A stretch of DNA of 64,000 nt. Origin: an uncultured Acidimicrobiales bacterium (GTDB lineage Bacteria > Actinomycetota > Acidimicrobiia > Acidimicrobiales > VFJN01). The notes under the pieces are model-generated. The model searched no databases. It was not told the DNA's origin and saw only the letters and a program-made list of their open reading frames with translations. Shown one piece after another: positions 1-11,050 of this stretch. The DNA lies in contig CAVWYL010000022.1 in the NCBI GenBank assembly GCA_963759225.1, positions 311,642-375,641 on the forward strand. Reading direction: 5' to 3'. Both the position numbers and the translations under genes were made by a program. The number at the start of each line of letters is the position of its first letter. Position 1 is the first letter of the stretch.

Positions 1-488
1 CGGGCCGACGACTCGCCGGGCGTCACGGCGCCGAGGTCGGCCAGCCGCCGGTCGACCTCCGCGATGTCGATGCCGCGGCGGGCCTCCACCAGCGCCTCGC
101 CCCGCTGGGCCACCTGCCAGCACTCCTCCACGCCGACCTCGACGCGCCCGGCGATCTCCCGCAGGCGGTCCTGCAGGGGGCCGGACGGCGCCCGGCCGGC
201 GGCCTCGGTGAAGCGGGTGCGGGCCTGGAGGGCGTCCTGGACGAAGCGCCGCCACGGGTCGTGGAGCGTGAACGGGTCGATGCGGGGGCGCCGCGGCGCG
301 CGGGGGATCAGCCGGATCACGTTGGCCAGCCACGCCACCAGGCCGAGCACGAGCGCCCCGGCCAGCGGGACGCCCACCACGACCGCCACCACCGCCACCA
401 CCACGGCGAGGGCGATGCCCACCGGCGACGTGACCGCCCGCGCCCCGCCGGCCGAGAGCAGGCGGTCGCGGAGCGAGGGCGTGGCCAT
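1..488 (-). CDS. Membrane protein, N-terminal part (gene continues beyond left edge)
   Basis: Minus-strand ATG at 486-488. Hand translation MATPSLRDRLLSAGGARAVTSPVGIALAVVVAVVAVVVGVPLAGALVLGLVAWLANVIRLIPRAP... has one clear TM helix. Third codon positions are almost all G/C. It is absent from the ORF track because there is no stop inside the window. Confidence 0.5.
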   Translation of the reverse strand, partial: MATPSLRDRLLSAGGARAVTSPVGIALAVVVAVVAVVVGVPLAGALVLGLVAWLANVIRLIPRAPRRPRIDPFTLHDPWRRFVQDALQARTRFTEAAGRAPSGPLQDRLREIAGRVEVGVEECWQVAQRGEALVEARRGIDIAEVDRRLADLGAVTPGESSA

Positions 489-553
489 AGGTGGTGATCA
501 CGTTACGCGGGGCGGTGGACCGTGCGGCGCATCGCCGGGCCCCGCCCGGCCCG

Positions 554-2020
554 TCACTCGGCGCCGTAGCGTTCGAGCGACTCCGTCACCCCGTCCCGCG
601 CCTCGGCGAGCGCACCGTCGATGGCGGCGCCGTCGAACAGCACCGCCTCCATCGCCGCCTCCACGTCGTCGCTGAAGTCGATGTACGGCCCGATCAGCGG
701 GCCCGGCTCGTCGGGGTCGGCCGCCGCCTGCTGCTCGACGGCCACCTTCACCAGCACCCCGGCCAGCGAGTCCTCCCAGAACGCCTGGACCTCGGGCTCC
801 TCGCTCACCGACTTCACGATGGGCAGGTAGGTGCCCTGGATGTGCCAGGCCTTGGCGTTGGCCGGCTCCAGCATGTAGCGGAGGAAGTTCCACGACCCGG
901 CCTGCTGGGCGGGCTCCGAGGCGTTCACGATGTAGAAGGCGCCGCCGCCCGGGTGGACCTGGCCCGCCGCCCCCAGCCCCGGGAACGGACCCGACCCGGG
1001 CACGAGCTGCGTGCGGTCGACGACCGACTCGTCGAAGTTCGAGCCGACGTCCTCGGGCGTCAGCTGCCCGCCGAGCGCGGCGGCGATGGCGCTCGACGCC
1101 GTGGACGTCTCGATCAGCATCGACGAGTCCTGGGTGACGAGGGCCAGGAACTGGTCGACGCCGCCCTCGGTGTTGGCGAACGGGTTGAGCAGGCCCTCGT
1201 CGTTCATCTGCTTCAGCAGCTCCAGGGCGTCGACCGCCTCGGGGGTGTCGAAGGTGGCCTCGGTGGCCAGGCCGTCCCGGCCGTTGTTCTGGTCGACGAC
1301 GTCGACGCCCTCGCCGCTCAGCCAGTTCTCGAACGTGCTGTGGCTGACCTTGAACGACAGCGGCTTGGGGATGCCGGCGGCCTTGAGCGCCTTGGCGGCC
1401 TCGTAGACCTCCTGCATGGTGCCGGGCGGGTCGTTGGGGTCGAGCCCGGCCCGCAGCCAGTGGGCCTGGTTGTAGAAGAGGACCTGGGACGACACGTTCA
1501 TGTAGCCGGGGTAGAGCACGTCGTCGACCGAGAACGTCGAGCGGACCGCGGCCTCGATGTCGGTCATCTCGTACCCGTCGGCCTCCATGCACGACTGCGC
1601 GGGGAGGACGAGGCCGCTGTCCGCCAGCACCTGGAGCTGGGTGTTCTCCAGGTACACGATGTCGGGCAGCTGGCTCTGGTCGGCGGCCGCCGCGCTCTCG
1701 AACTTGCGGTACACCTCGGCGTAGGACTGGCCCTGGTCGCTGGCGGTGAGCACGACGTCGTCCTGGCTGGCGTTGAAGCCGGCCACCATCTGCTCCATCG
1801 TGTCCTTGACCGGGCCGCCGATGCCGCCGTACCACAGCGTGATCTCGGTGGGGCCCTCCGCCTGCGCCAGGGCGTCGAGCGGGCACTCGGGCAGGTTGAC
1901 CTCGCCGTCCTCGGTGACGACCTGCTCGCCGCCCCCGCCGGAGGTGGGCGGGTCGCTGCAGGCCACGGTCACGGCCAGCAGCCCCAGCGCTGCGAGGGTG
2001 GGCAGGGTGCGGTGCGACAT
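554..2020 (-). CDS. ABC transporter substrate-binding lipoprotein (CUT1 sugar / glycerol-phosphate type)
   Basis: 488-aa ORF with lipoprotein signal LLAVTVAC-SD and the general look of a CUT1 solute-binding protein. It is the last gene of a co-directional ATPase-permease-permease-SBP operon. Confidence 0.85.
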   Translation of the reverse strand: MSHRTLPTLAALGLLAVTVACSDPPTSGGGGEQVVTEDGEVNLPECPLDALAQAEGPTEITLWYGGIGGPVKDTMEQMVAGFNASQDDVVLTASDQGQSYAEVYRKFESAAAADQSQLPDIVYLENTQLQVLADSGLVLPAQSCMEADGYEMTDIEAAVRSTFSVDDVLYPGYMNVSSQVLFYNQAHWLRAGLDPNDPPGTMQEVYEAAKALKAAGIPKPLSFKVSHSTFENWLSGEGVDVVDQNNGRDGLATEATFDTPEAVDALELLKQMNDEGLLNPFANTEGGVDQFLALVTQDSSMLIETSTASSAIAAALGGQLTPEDVGSNFDESVVDRTQLVPGSGPFPGLGAAGQVHPGGGAFYIVNASEPAQQAGSWNFLRYMLEPANAKAWHIQGTYLPIVKSVSEEPEVQAFWEDSLAGVLVKVAVEQQAAADPDEPGPLIGPYIDFSDDVEAAMEAVLFDGAAIDGALAEARDGVTESLERYGAE

Positions 2021-2030
2021 GTCGGTCCTC

Positions 2031-3320
2031 TCAGCCCTTGACCGCGCCGGCGGTCAGGCCCCGGATGATCTGGCGCTGGAACGCGACGAGCAACGCCACC
2101 ACCGGCAGCGCCACGATCAGCGCGGCGGCGACGCCGCGGTTGAACTCCTGGACGTTGGTCCCGATGATCGTGCGCAGGGCGATCTGGGCGGTCTGCTGGC
2201 GGCTGTCGTCGATGACGGCCTGGGGCCACAGGTACTGGTTCCACGCCCCCAGCGCCGCGATGACGGTGAACGACGCGATCACCGGGCGGGTCAGCGGCAC
2301 CGCGAACTTCCACAGGAACGCCATGTGGCCGTAGCCGTCGAGCCGGGTGGCGTCCTGGATCTCCGGGGGCACGCCCTTGAACCCCTGGCGGATGAGGAAC
2401 GTCCCGAACGCGGTGGCCGCGAACGGCAGCACGAGGCCGGCGTTGGAGTTGACCCACCCCAGCTCGCGGATGGTCTGCACGTTGGCGAGGAGGGTGACCT
2501 CCAGCGGGAGCAGCAGCGTGCCCATGAAGAACGCGAAGAACAGCGTCTTCAGCGGGAAGCGCAGGAAGGCGAAGGCGTAGGCGGCCAGGATCGCGGTCAC
2601 GACCTGGGCGCTGGTGATCAGCACGGTGATCACCACGCTGCGGGTCATGGCGTCGCCGATGTTGCCGGCGTTCCAGGCGGAGTTCCAGATGGCGGCGCCG
2701 AAGGCGATCACCGTCACCACCACCGCCACGAGGCCGGTCACGAGCGCCAGCACCACGGGGCGCCACAGGGGCCGGTGCTCGCCGAAGCCGATGAGCTGCG
2801 TCGCCGCCACCGCCCCGACGGCCGCCAGCCACCACAGCGGGGTGGAGGTGGAGCCGTCGAGGGAGGCGACCCACACCCGCCCGGCCAGCACCGCGACCAC
2901 CACGGTCCCGGCCACGACGGCCACGATCCGCCGGGGAGCGAGGAGCAGGCCCAGGCTGCGGAGGGTGCCGCCCGCCACCTTGAGCTGGACCCACGCCAGC
3001 GCCAGCACCACGATCGCGGTGCGCAGGACCACCGACAGCGCGCCGCCGTCGAGCCAGCTGCGGCCCTTCCAGTCGATGTTGACCGGGTGGAGGGGGCGGC
3101 CCGCGGCGATGTAGTCGAACGGGGGCGACAGCGCCATCACCACCGAGAACGCGACCGGCGCCAGCACCACGAACGCGATCGCGACGAGCAGGGCGTACTG
3201 CCCGGTCAGCCCGGCGATGCGTCGTGCGCGCGACCGGCCGATGGTCGTCGCCGCCAGGTCGCGGTCGGGCACCGCCAGGACGTCGTCCGCCGGCTCGGCC
3301 ACGAGGGTGTCAGCGGGCAT
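2031..3320 (-). CDS. ABC transporter permease (MalG/UgpE-like) with long N-terminal membrane extension
   Basis: 429-aa ORF. The C-terminal ~270 aa form a binding-protein-dependent permease core (EAA-loop region IQDATRLDGYGHMAFLWKFAVPLTRPV, ending RGLTAGAVKG). The N-terminal ~150 aa add extra hydrophobic helices. It overlaps the upstream permease by 11 nt. Confidence 0.8.
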   Translation of the reverse strand: MPADTLVAEPADDVLAVPDRDLAATTIGRSRARRIAGLTGQYALLVAIAFVVLAPVAFSVVMALSPPFDYIAAGRPLHPVNIDWKGRSWLDGGALSVVLRTAIVVLALAWVQLKVAGGTLRSLGLLLAPRRIVAVVAGTVVVAVLAGRVWVASLDGSTSTPLWWLAAVGAVAATQLIGFGEHRPLWRPVVLALVTGLVAVVVTVIAFGAAIWNSAWNAGNIGDAMTRSVVITVLITSAQVVTAILAAYAFAFLRFPLKTLFFAFFMGTLLLPLEVTLLANVQTIRELGWVNSNAGLVLPFAATAFGTFLIRQGFKGVPPEIQDATRLDGYGHMAFLWKFAVPLTRPVIASFTVIAALGAWNQYLWPQAVIDDSRQQTAQIALRTIIGTNVQEFNRGVAAALIVALPVVALLVAFQRQIIRGLTAGAVKG

Positions 3321-4178
3321 AGTGGACCCTCCGGTCCAGCAGCGCGAACTGCGTGGTCGTCACCACCAGGGTGACGAAGAACAGGCCGACCGAGTAGACG
3401 GCGCCGATGCCGATGTTGTCGGGGCGGTTGAGCCGGTTGATCTTGTAGACGAGCGTCTCGGTGGCCGACACCGGCCCGCCCTTGGTCAGCAGGTCGACCT
3501 GGGCGAAGGCCTGGAGGCCGTGGATCACGAGCACCACCAGCAGGAACAGCAGCACGGGCGAGATCAGGGGCAGCGTGACGCGCAGCAGCCGCCGGGTGGC
3601 GCCGTAGCCGTCGAGGGTGGCGGCCTCCATCACCTCGTCGGGCACGGTCTGCAGGCCGGCCAGCACGATGACGAACGACAGGCCGAGGTTCTGCCAGATC
3701 GACGACAGGGCCACGGCCATCATCGCCGTGTCCGGGTTCTCCAGCCAGTTGACCTTGAACAGCCCCACCGTGTCGTTGAACAGGTAGAAGAACAGCACCG
3801 ACGTGACGGCCACCGAGCTGGCGAGCGTCGAGCTGAAGACGGCCTGGAAGACCTTGATGCCCTTCAGCCGGCGGTGGGCGGCCACCGCCAGCAGCACGCC
3901 GAGCGCGATGCCGGGCGGCACCGTGTACAGCACGAACTGCACGCTGTGCCACAGGCCCTCGAGGAAGTCGTCGCCGATGAGCTGCTCGCGGTACTGGGCC
4001 AGCCCGACGTTCTCGAAGTAGGCGCCGTTGCGGCGGCTCTCGAACCGACCCCAGTGCACGAGGTTGAGGAACGGCCGGTAGAAGAACGCGACGAACACGA
4101 CGATCGACGGGGCGAGCAGGGCCAGCCCCAGCGCCGACTCCCTCAGCGTGTAGCGGGGCCGCCGCCGGGCGGCCGTGC

Positions 4179-4182
<4 letters not shown>
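3310..4182 (-). CDS. ABC transporter permease (MalF/UgpA-like)
   Basis: This is the C-terminal 290 codons of track ORF 3310..5301. The real start is GTG at 4180-4182, forming a GTGA overlap with the ATPase stop. EAA loop: VMEAATLDGYGATRRLLRVTLPL. The upstream part of the track ORF is the antisense shadow of the ATPase gene. Confidence 0.8.
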
Positions 4183-5276
<1,094 letters not shown>

Positions 5277-5417
5277 GTGCGACCTCCCACCCCTCGGCCA
5301 CGCCGTCGTGCGCCGGGCGTCGCGAACTTAGAACATCCGCCCATCTGCCACGCGTCGCGCCGGTGTGACCCGTGACCCGCAGCGGTCGTCGACCACAGAT
5401 CGTACGCTGTCCGCCGG

Positions 5418-5972
5418 ATGACGGACTTCGAGTGGCCGGAGGAGCGGGCGGGCCTCGAGCGCGCCACCGCTCGGTGGTGGTTGTACCTGCTGCTCGGGGC
5501 GGCGTCGGTGGCGGTGGGCATCCTGCTGCTGCTCGACCTGTTCGCGGCGGTGCGGACGGTGGCGCTGCTGGCCGCGCTGGGCCTCGTCCTGACGGGCGTC
5601 AGCGAGCTGACGGCCACCGGCCGGTACCGCAGCGTGCTGGGGATCGTGGCCGGCGTGGTCCTGATCGTGGGCGGGGTCGCGGCCGCGGTGTGGCCCGGCA
5701 TCACGCTGTGGATCCTGGCCGTGGTCGCGGGCATCGGCCTCGTCGTGTCGGGGGTGGCCCGCATCATGGGCGCGCTGGCGCTGCGGATCGAGGGCTGGGG
5801 CTGGCTGCTCACGGGCGGCATCGTCAGCGTCGTCGTCGGCCTCATGGCGCTGGTGTGGCCGGAGGCGACGATCCTGGCGCTCGGCATCCTGCTCGGCGTG
5901 CGCATGGTCATCTTCGGCGTGTCCGAGATCATGTTCAGCGTGGCGCTGCACGCGGGCCGCACCATCCGCTAG
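5418..5972 (+). CDS. HdeD/DUF308-type small integral membrane protein
   Basis: 184-aa ORF made of six evenly spaced hydrophobic helices with the repetitive G/V/L-rich pattern of the DUF308 family. Confidence 0.65.
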   Translation: MTDFEWPEERAGLERATARWWLYLLLGAASVAVGILLLLDLFAAVRTVALLAALGLVLTGVSELTATGRYRSVLGIVAGVVLIVGGVAAAVWPGITLWILAVVAGIGLVVSGVARIMGALALRIEGWGWLLTGGIVSVVVGLMALVWPEATILALGILLGVRMVIFGVSEIMFSVALHAGRTIR

Positions 5973-7389
5973 GCGGCGGGCTCGGCCCCGGGCGCCGGGA
6001 CGTCCTCGGCCGTCAGGGTCGTGAGCTGCTCGTCCGTCGGGTCGGCGAGCGCCACCAGCCGGGTCGCCTGGTTGGCCACGGCCGCCTCGAACAGGTTGCG
6101 GGCCAGCCGGCCGTTGCCGAAGCCGCGGTCCCGGGGCTGGGCCGCCAGCCATGCCCGCACGGCGGCCCGCGCCCCGTCGTCGAGGCCGTAGCGGCCCTTG
6201 GCGCCGAGCGCCTCGACGATGGCGACGAGCTCGTCGTCGTCGTAGTCGGGAAAGTGGATCGTCCGCGGGAACCGGGACTTCATCCCCGGGTTCGCCTCCA
6301 CGAGGTCGGCCATCTCGTCGGGGTAGCCGGCCAGGATGACCACGAGACGGTCCCGGCGGTCCTCGACCAGCTTGACGACGGTGTCGATGGCCTCACGACC
6401 GAAGTCGTTGGCGCCGCCCCGGGCCAGGCTGTAGGCCTCGTCGATCAGCAGGACGCCGCCCTCGGCCCGGTCGAACGCGGCCACGACCCGCCCGGCGGTC
6501 TGGCCCACGAACCCGGCGACGAGGCCGGCCCGGTCGGTCTCGGTGAGGTGACCGCGGGCCACGACGCCGAGCGTGCGGTAGATCTCGGCCAGCAGCCGGG
6601 CCACGGTGGTCTTCCCGGTGCCCGGGTTGCCGGTGAAGATGAGGTGGCGGCTCTGGTCGAGCACGGGGAGCCCCCGCTCGCGGCGGATCTGCTGGACCCG
6701 CAGCAGGTTCGTGACCAGCCGCACCTCCTGCTTGACCCCGGCCAGCCCGACGAGCGCGTCGAGCTCGGCCAGCAGCTCCTCCAGCGGTCGCGCCGGCGGC
6801 AGTGCGGCGGGCGGCGCCTCGCCCTCGCTCCGGCTCGCGGGCGGTGGCGGTGCTCCCGTCGCCGTCGCCCGTCGCCGCCTGTCCCGGCCGCGGACGTCGC
6901 CTTCTGCCCGGCGCGGGCCACGGTGGTGCGGAACTCCTCGATGGCGGCCAGCTCCGTCCGGGAGGGGAGCAGGTCGAGCGCGGCCACCGTGTGGCCGATC
7001 CCGGCCCCGAGCCGGCCGAAGCGCTCGATGCGGCCGCCGCCGTCCCGGGCGTCGGCGCCGGCCAGCACGTCGAGCAGCGCCGACGGATGGCCGAGGTGGG
7101 CCCGGCGGCCCACCAGCAGCCCGGCGTCGCGCACCTGGGCGGGCGTGGCCCGGCCCAGGTCCGACGGCAGACGGTGGCCGAAGGCGCCGATGAGCGCCCA
7201 CAGCTCGTCGTCGGTGTGGAGCCCGTCGGCGTCGATGAAGGCGCAGGTCAGGTTGTACGCCTCGACCTCGACGTCGGCCCGCAGCCGCGCCCGGTCGATG
7301 CCGTCGACGCCGGCGCCCAGGGCCTCGACCTCGGGGGCGAGGTCGTCGACGAAGGCACGGACGGCCTCGTCGAGGGTGGCGGCGATCAT
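5969..7389 (-). CDS. AAA+ ATPase (CbbX/SpoVK/EccA-like module) with distinct N-terminal helical domain; one frame break
   Basis: The N-terminal ~170 aa lie in the frame of track ORF 6445..7938 (MIAATLDEAVRAFVDDL...DADGLHTDDELWALIGAFG). The AAA module lies in the frame of ORF 5969..7201 (Walker A GNPGTGKTT, Walker B LLIDEAY). Frames switch near 6850-6900. The ATG at 7387-7389 overlaps the upstream GNAT stop (ATGA). Confidence 0.75.
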
Positions 7390-7938
7390 CGGGGGTCCCG
7401 CCACATGGGCCACAGTGGGGGACCGGCGGGCAGGTCGATCCGGCCGGTGACGCCGAAGCCGAAGCGCTCGTAGTAGGGCAGGTTCTCGGGCTTCGACGAC
7501 TCGAGGTAGGCGCCGAGGCCCTCGGCGTCGCACCGGTCGAGCACGGGATCGATCATCGCCCGGCCGGCCCCGGTGCCCCGGTGCGAGGGGTCGGTCCCGA
7601 CGAAGGCCAGGTACCAGTGCGGCTCGCGGGGGTGGGACCGCTCGATGAGCCCGAACCCCTGCACCGCCCGGGGAATGCGGACCCCGACGGCGGGCACCAT
7701 GATCGGCGCGAAGCGCAGCGAGTCGATCCACGCTGTGCGCCAATGTCCGGGCCGGGCCCAGAACGCCGCCCCGGCGTGGCCGTCGGCCGTGAGGACGGTG
7801 TCCCGGCCCACGCAGGTGGCGCCGCGTCTCCGCCGCGAAGAACCGGGTCAGCCGCGTCAGCCGGGGCCGGTCACGCTCGCCGAACAGCCAGGTCATGACG
7901 GGATCGTCGTGGAACGCCCGGGCCAGCGTCCCGGCCAC
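7386..7938 (-). CDS. GNAT family N-acetyltransferase; one frame break
   Basis: The N-terminus MAGTLARAFHDDPVMTWLF... is in the frame of ORF 6445..7938. The acetyl-CoA binding core (LAFVGTDPSHRGTGAGRAMIDPVL...YERFGF) is in ORF 7386..7811. The switch lies near 7800-7830. Confidence 0.7.
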
Positions 7939-8250
7939 GGCACCGCACGTCCCCGGCCCGTGCGGGCCTAGCGTCGGTCATCCCCGGAGCCTGCCACGCC
8001 CCCGCCGGCCACGGCATGTCGTCCGCCACCGCGGGTCGGCGCGGACCGTGCGCTCGGTACGGCGTATCGGCGCTCGGCCAGGTCTCGGTCGGCCCCGGTC
8101 CTGGGTCGGCCCTGGTCACGGTCGACCGCGGCCTCGGTCGGGCTGACGCAGCCGCGCCGGTCTGGCGTGTCTGCCCTGGCCTGTGGTCGGCCCGGCTGGC
8201 GTGTCGGCCCGGCTTGTCGGCCTCGGGCGACGCGCTCGTAGCATGGCGCC

Positions 8251-9499
8251 ATGTCTGCTGTCGCCGACCTCGGTCGCCGGGCCCGCGCCGCCGGGCGGGT
8301 GCTGGCCACCGTGTCCACCGAGGCCAAGGACGCCGCGCTGCTGGCGGCCGCCGACCTGCTGGTGGAGCGCACCGACGACCTGCTGGCGGCCAACGGCGAG
8401 GACGTGGCCCGCGAGCAGGCGGCCGGGGCGTCCACCACCGTCGTCGACCGGCTCCGGCTGTCGCCCGCCCGCGTCGAGGGCATGGCCGGCGGGTTGCGCC
8501 AGGTGGCGGGGCTGGCCGACCCGGTGGGGGAGGTCACCGAGGGGTGGACCCGGCCGAACGGCCTGCGCATCACCAAGGTGCGGGTCCCGCTCGGGGTGGT
8601 GGCGATCATCTACGAGAACCGGCCCAACGTGACGAGCGATGCCTTCGGGCTGTGCCTCAAGTCCGGCAACGCCGCGTTCCTGCGGGGGTCGTCGGGGGCC
8701 ATCCGGTCGAACATGGCGATCGCCGGCGTGCTGCGGGAGGCGCTGGCCAAGGCGGGGCTGCCCCAGGACGCGTTGGTCCTGGTGGAGGACACCTCGCGGG
8801 AGGCCGCGGTCGAGTTCATGCGTCAGCGTGACTTCGTCGACTGCCTGATCCCGCGGGGCGGTCCGTCGCTGATCCGATCGATCCTCGACAACGCCACCGT
8901 GCCGTACGTCATCGACGGCGACGGGAACTGCCACGTGTACGTGGACGCGTCCGCCGACCTGGACATGGCGGCCGGCATCGTCGTCAACGCCAAGACGCAA
9001 CGGCCGTCGGTGTGCAACGCGGCCGAGACCGTGCTGGTGCACGAGGCGGTGGCGGGGGACGTTCCTGCCGGCCGTCGCGGCCCGGCTGGAGGGGGTCGAG
9101 CTGGTGGGCGACGATGCGGCCCGGGCCGTGCTGGGCGCCGACCGGGTGGGCGTGGCGGGCGAGGACGACTGGGCGAACGAGTTCCTGGCGCTGAAGCTGG
9201 CGGTCCGCGTGGTGCCGTCGCTGGGGGCGGCGGTCGAGCACATCGCCCGCTACGGCTCGGGGCACAGCGAGGCGATCGTGACCCGCGACCTGGCGGCGGC
9301 CGACCGGTTCACCCGCGAGGTCGACGCGGCCGCGGTGCTGGTCAACGCCTCGACCCGGTTCGTGGACGGCGAGGAGTTCGGGTTCGGGGCCGAGATCGGC
9401 ATCTCGACCCAGAAGCTCCACGCCCGGGGGCCGATGGGCCTGCGGGAGCTGACCACCGAGAAGTACGTCGTCCGCGGCGAGGGCCAGATCCGCAGCTGA
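8251..9499 (+). CDS. proA: Gamma-glutamyl phosphate reductase; one frame break
   Basis: Track ORF 8251..9555 matches ProA up to [20 protein letters not shown]. The rest is ORF 9104..9499 ([42 protein letters not shown]). Hand reading shows that removing one G from a G-run at about 9055-9060 restores ...[21 protein letters not shown]... Confidence 0.9.
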
Positions 9500-9504
9500 G
9501 CAGG

Positions 9505-9520
9505 CCCAACACATTTGGGG
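9505..9520. repeat. Short inverted repeat CCCAAC-ACAT-TTGGGG (site 1 of a small motif family)
   Basis: Read directly from the sequence. It is an A/T-containing palindromic arm pair (CCCAA / TTGGG) in a GC-rich intergenic region between proA and the repeat-protein gene. Confidence 0.4.
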
Positions 9521-9634
9521 AGGTGCGGCCCAGCCTGCCCGGGGTAGGTGGTTGATACCCACCCAGCACAGGCCGGGGGACGGTAGGGAGCCTGGTCCGC
9601 GTCGTACCGTCCCTCGGCCCGCCACCTACGGCGG

Positions 9635-9649
9635 CCCAAGATTGGGGGG
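9635..9649. repeat. Short inverted repeat CCCAAG-A-TTGGGGGG (site 2)
   Basis: Read directly from the sequence, about 40 nt upstream of the 9685 start. Confidence 0.4.
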
Positions 9650-9656
9650 TGTAGGG

Positions 9657-9671
9657 ACCCCAAGATCGGGG
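9657..9671. repeat. Short inverted repeat CCCCAAGATCGGGG (site 3)
   Basis: Read directly from the sequence, immediately downstream of site 2. Confidence 0.4.
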
Positions 9672-9684
9672 TAGACCACCGGGA

Positions 9685-10995
9685 ATGCTGGTGGCCGGAT
9701 CTACCCACCGGGCGCGCGCCCCTTGGTGGATCCCGGCCGCCGTGCTGGCCGGAGGGCTGGCGCTGGCGGTGCTCCTGCTGCTCCGTGACCGCCCGGCGGC
9801 GGCCGAGTCACCCCTCGACCCGCTGACCCAGGCGGTGAGCCCGGTGCTCGACCAGGTGTCGACCCTGGTCGCGCCCCCGCCGACCGCCACCCCGACCCTG
9901 GTCGAGCCCGTCGCCGACGATGTGGCGGCCCCGACAGCAGCTGGTCTGCTGGACCCGATCGCGGGGACCGTGGCCCCGGTGGTTGCGGACGTGGTCGCCC
10001 CCGCTCCCGGCGATGCCATGGCCCCGCTCGTGCCCGATCCGTCGGCCCCACTCGTCGACGACGTGGTGGCGCCGCTCGTGTCCGATGCGGCGGCTCCGCT
10101 GGTCGATGACGTCGTGGCTCCGGTCGTGTCGGATGTGGTGGCGCTGGTCGATCGATGTGGTGGCTCCGCTGGCGGATGGCGTGCGTGGGCCCCGCTGGTT
10201 GATGGATGTGGTGGCTCCGCTGGCCGATGGCGTCGTGGGCTCCGCTGGTGGATGGCGTGGTGGCGCCGGTGGTGTCGGATGTGGTGGTGCCCCTCGTCGA
10301 TGGCGTGGTGGCTCCGGTCGTCGAGCCAGTGGTTTCCCTGGTCGGTGACCTGGTGGGGCCGGTCGTCGGGGACGTGGTGGCGCCTGTCGTCGCCGACGTC
10401 GTGGGGCCGGTCGTGTCCGACCTCGTGGCGCCGGTCGTCGTCTGACGTGGTGGCTCCGCTCGTCACCGATCTGGTCGGGCCCCTCGTCGACGGTGTCGTG
10501 GTCCCGCTGGTCGAGCCGCTCGTCACCGAGGTCGCCCCCGTGCTCGGCGGGGTGCTCGGTCCGGTGACGGATCGTGTCGTCGTCCCCGGGCTGGGGCAGC
10601 GCTCGTCCGGGGCCGTGCGTTCGTCTGTCCTGGTGACCGTTGCCGTGGACGTGGCGGGCGACGCCGCGATGGCGACCACTGGCGTGGTCGTGGATGGTGT
10701 CCGGCCGCCCGGTCCCGGGCTCGCCGGGCGTGGGGCGGGGTGCGGGTCGGGCTGTTCGTTCTCGCCGCCGTTGGCGGCAGGGCCGGCTCCGGCCGGTCCG
10801 CAGGTGCCCTCGCCGGTGGGTCCCGTCGGCGCCGCGGGCCCTGCTTCCTCCCCGGGCGCCTCCGCCGCCTCGGGGATCTTCGCCGTCCTCGCCGCCGGGG
10901 TGCTCGCACTGCACCTCGCCCGCGGCGGGGTCGTGCGTGAGCGCGTGGACCGGCTCGCCGGCCTCCTCCACGCGCCCGTGTGCCTTCCCGGCTGA
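9685..10995 (+). CDS. Membrane-anchored/secreted repeat protein built from ~8-residue (A/G)P(L/V)V(D/S)D(V/L)V units; several frame breaks
   Basis: It starts with an N-terminal signal/anchor (WWIPAAVLAGGLALAVLLLL) followed by runs such as APLVDDVVAPLVSDAAAPLVDDVVAPVVSDVV. The same repeat continues in two other frames (track ORFs 9920..10348 and 10206..10445). The C-terminus is Pro/Ala/Gly-rich and ends in a hydrophobic segment, GIFAVLAAGVLALHL. Confidence 0.6.
   Translation: MLVAGSTHRARAPWWIPAAVLAGGLALAVLLLLRDRPAAAESPLDPLTQAVSPVLDQVSTLVAPPPTATPTLVEPVADDVAAPTAAGLLDPIAGTVAPVVADVVAPAPGDAMAPLVPDPSAPLVDDVVAPLVSDAAAPLVDDVVAPVVSDVVALVDRCGGSAGGWRAWAPLVDGCGGSAGRWRRGLRWWMAWWRRWCRMWWCPSSMAWWLRSSSQWFPWSVTWWGRSSGTWWRLSSPTSWGRSCPTSWRRSSSDVVAPLVTDLVGPLVDGVVVPLVEPLVTEVAPVLGGVLGPVTDRVVVPGLGQRSSGAVRSSVLVTVAVDVAGDAAMATTGVVVDGVRPPGPGLAGRGAGCGSGCSFSPPLAAGPAPAGPQVPSPVGPVGAAGPASSPGASAASGIFAVLAAGVLALHLARGGVVRERVDRLAGLLHAPVCLPG
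9960..10560 (+). repeat. Tandem ~24-nt coding repeat array (octapeptide repeats)
   Basis: GTGGTGGCNCCGCTGGNNGATG-type units recur head to tail. The protein-level periodicity of 8 residues is visible in all three forward frames. Confidence 0.7.
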
Positions 10996-11050
10996 TCCGA
11001 CGTCACCCGTCGATCAGCCCGTTCACCCTTGAACATGGGAAGGAAGCACC

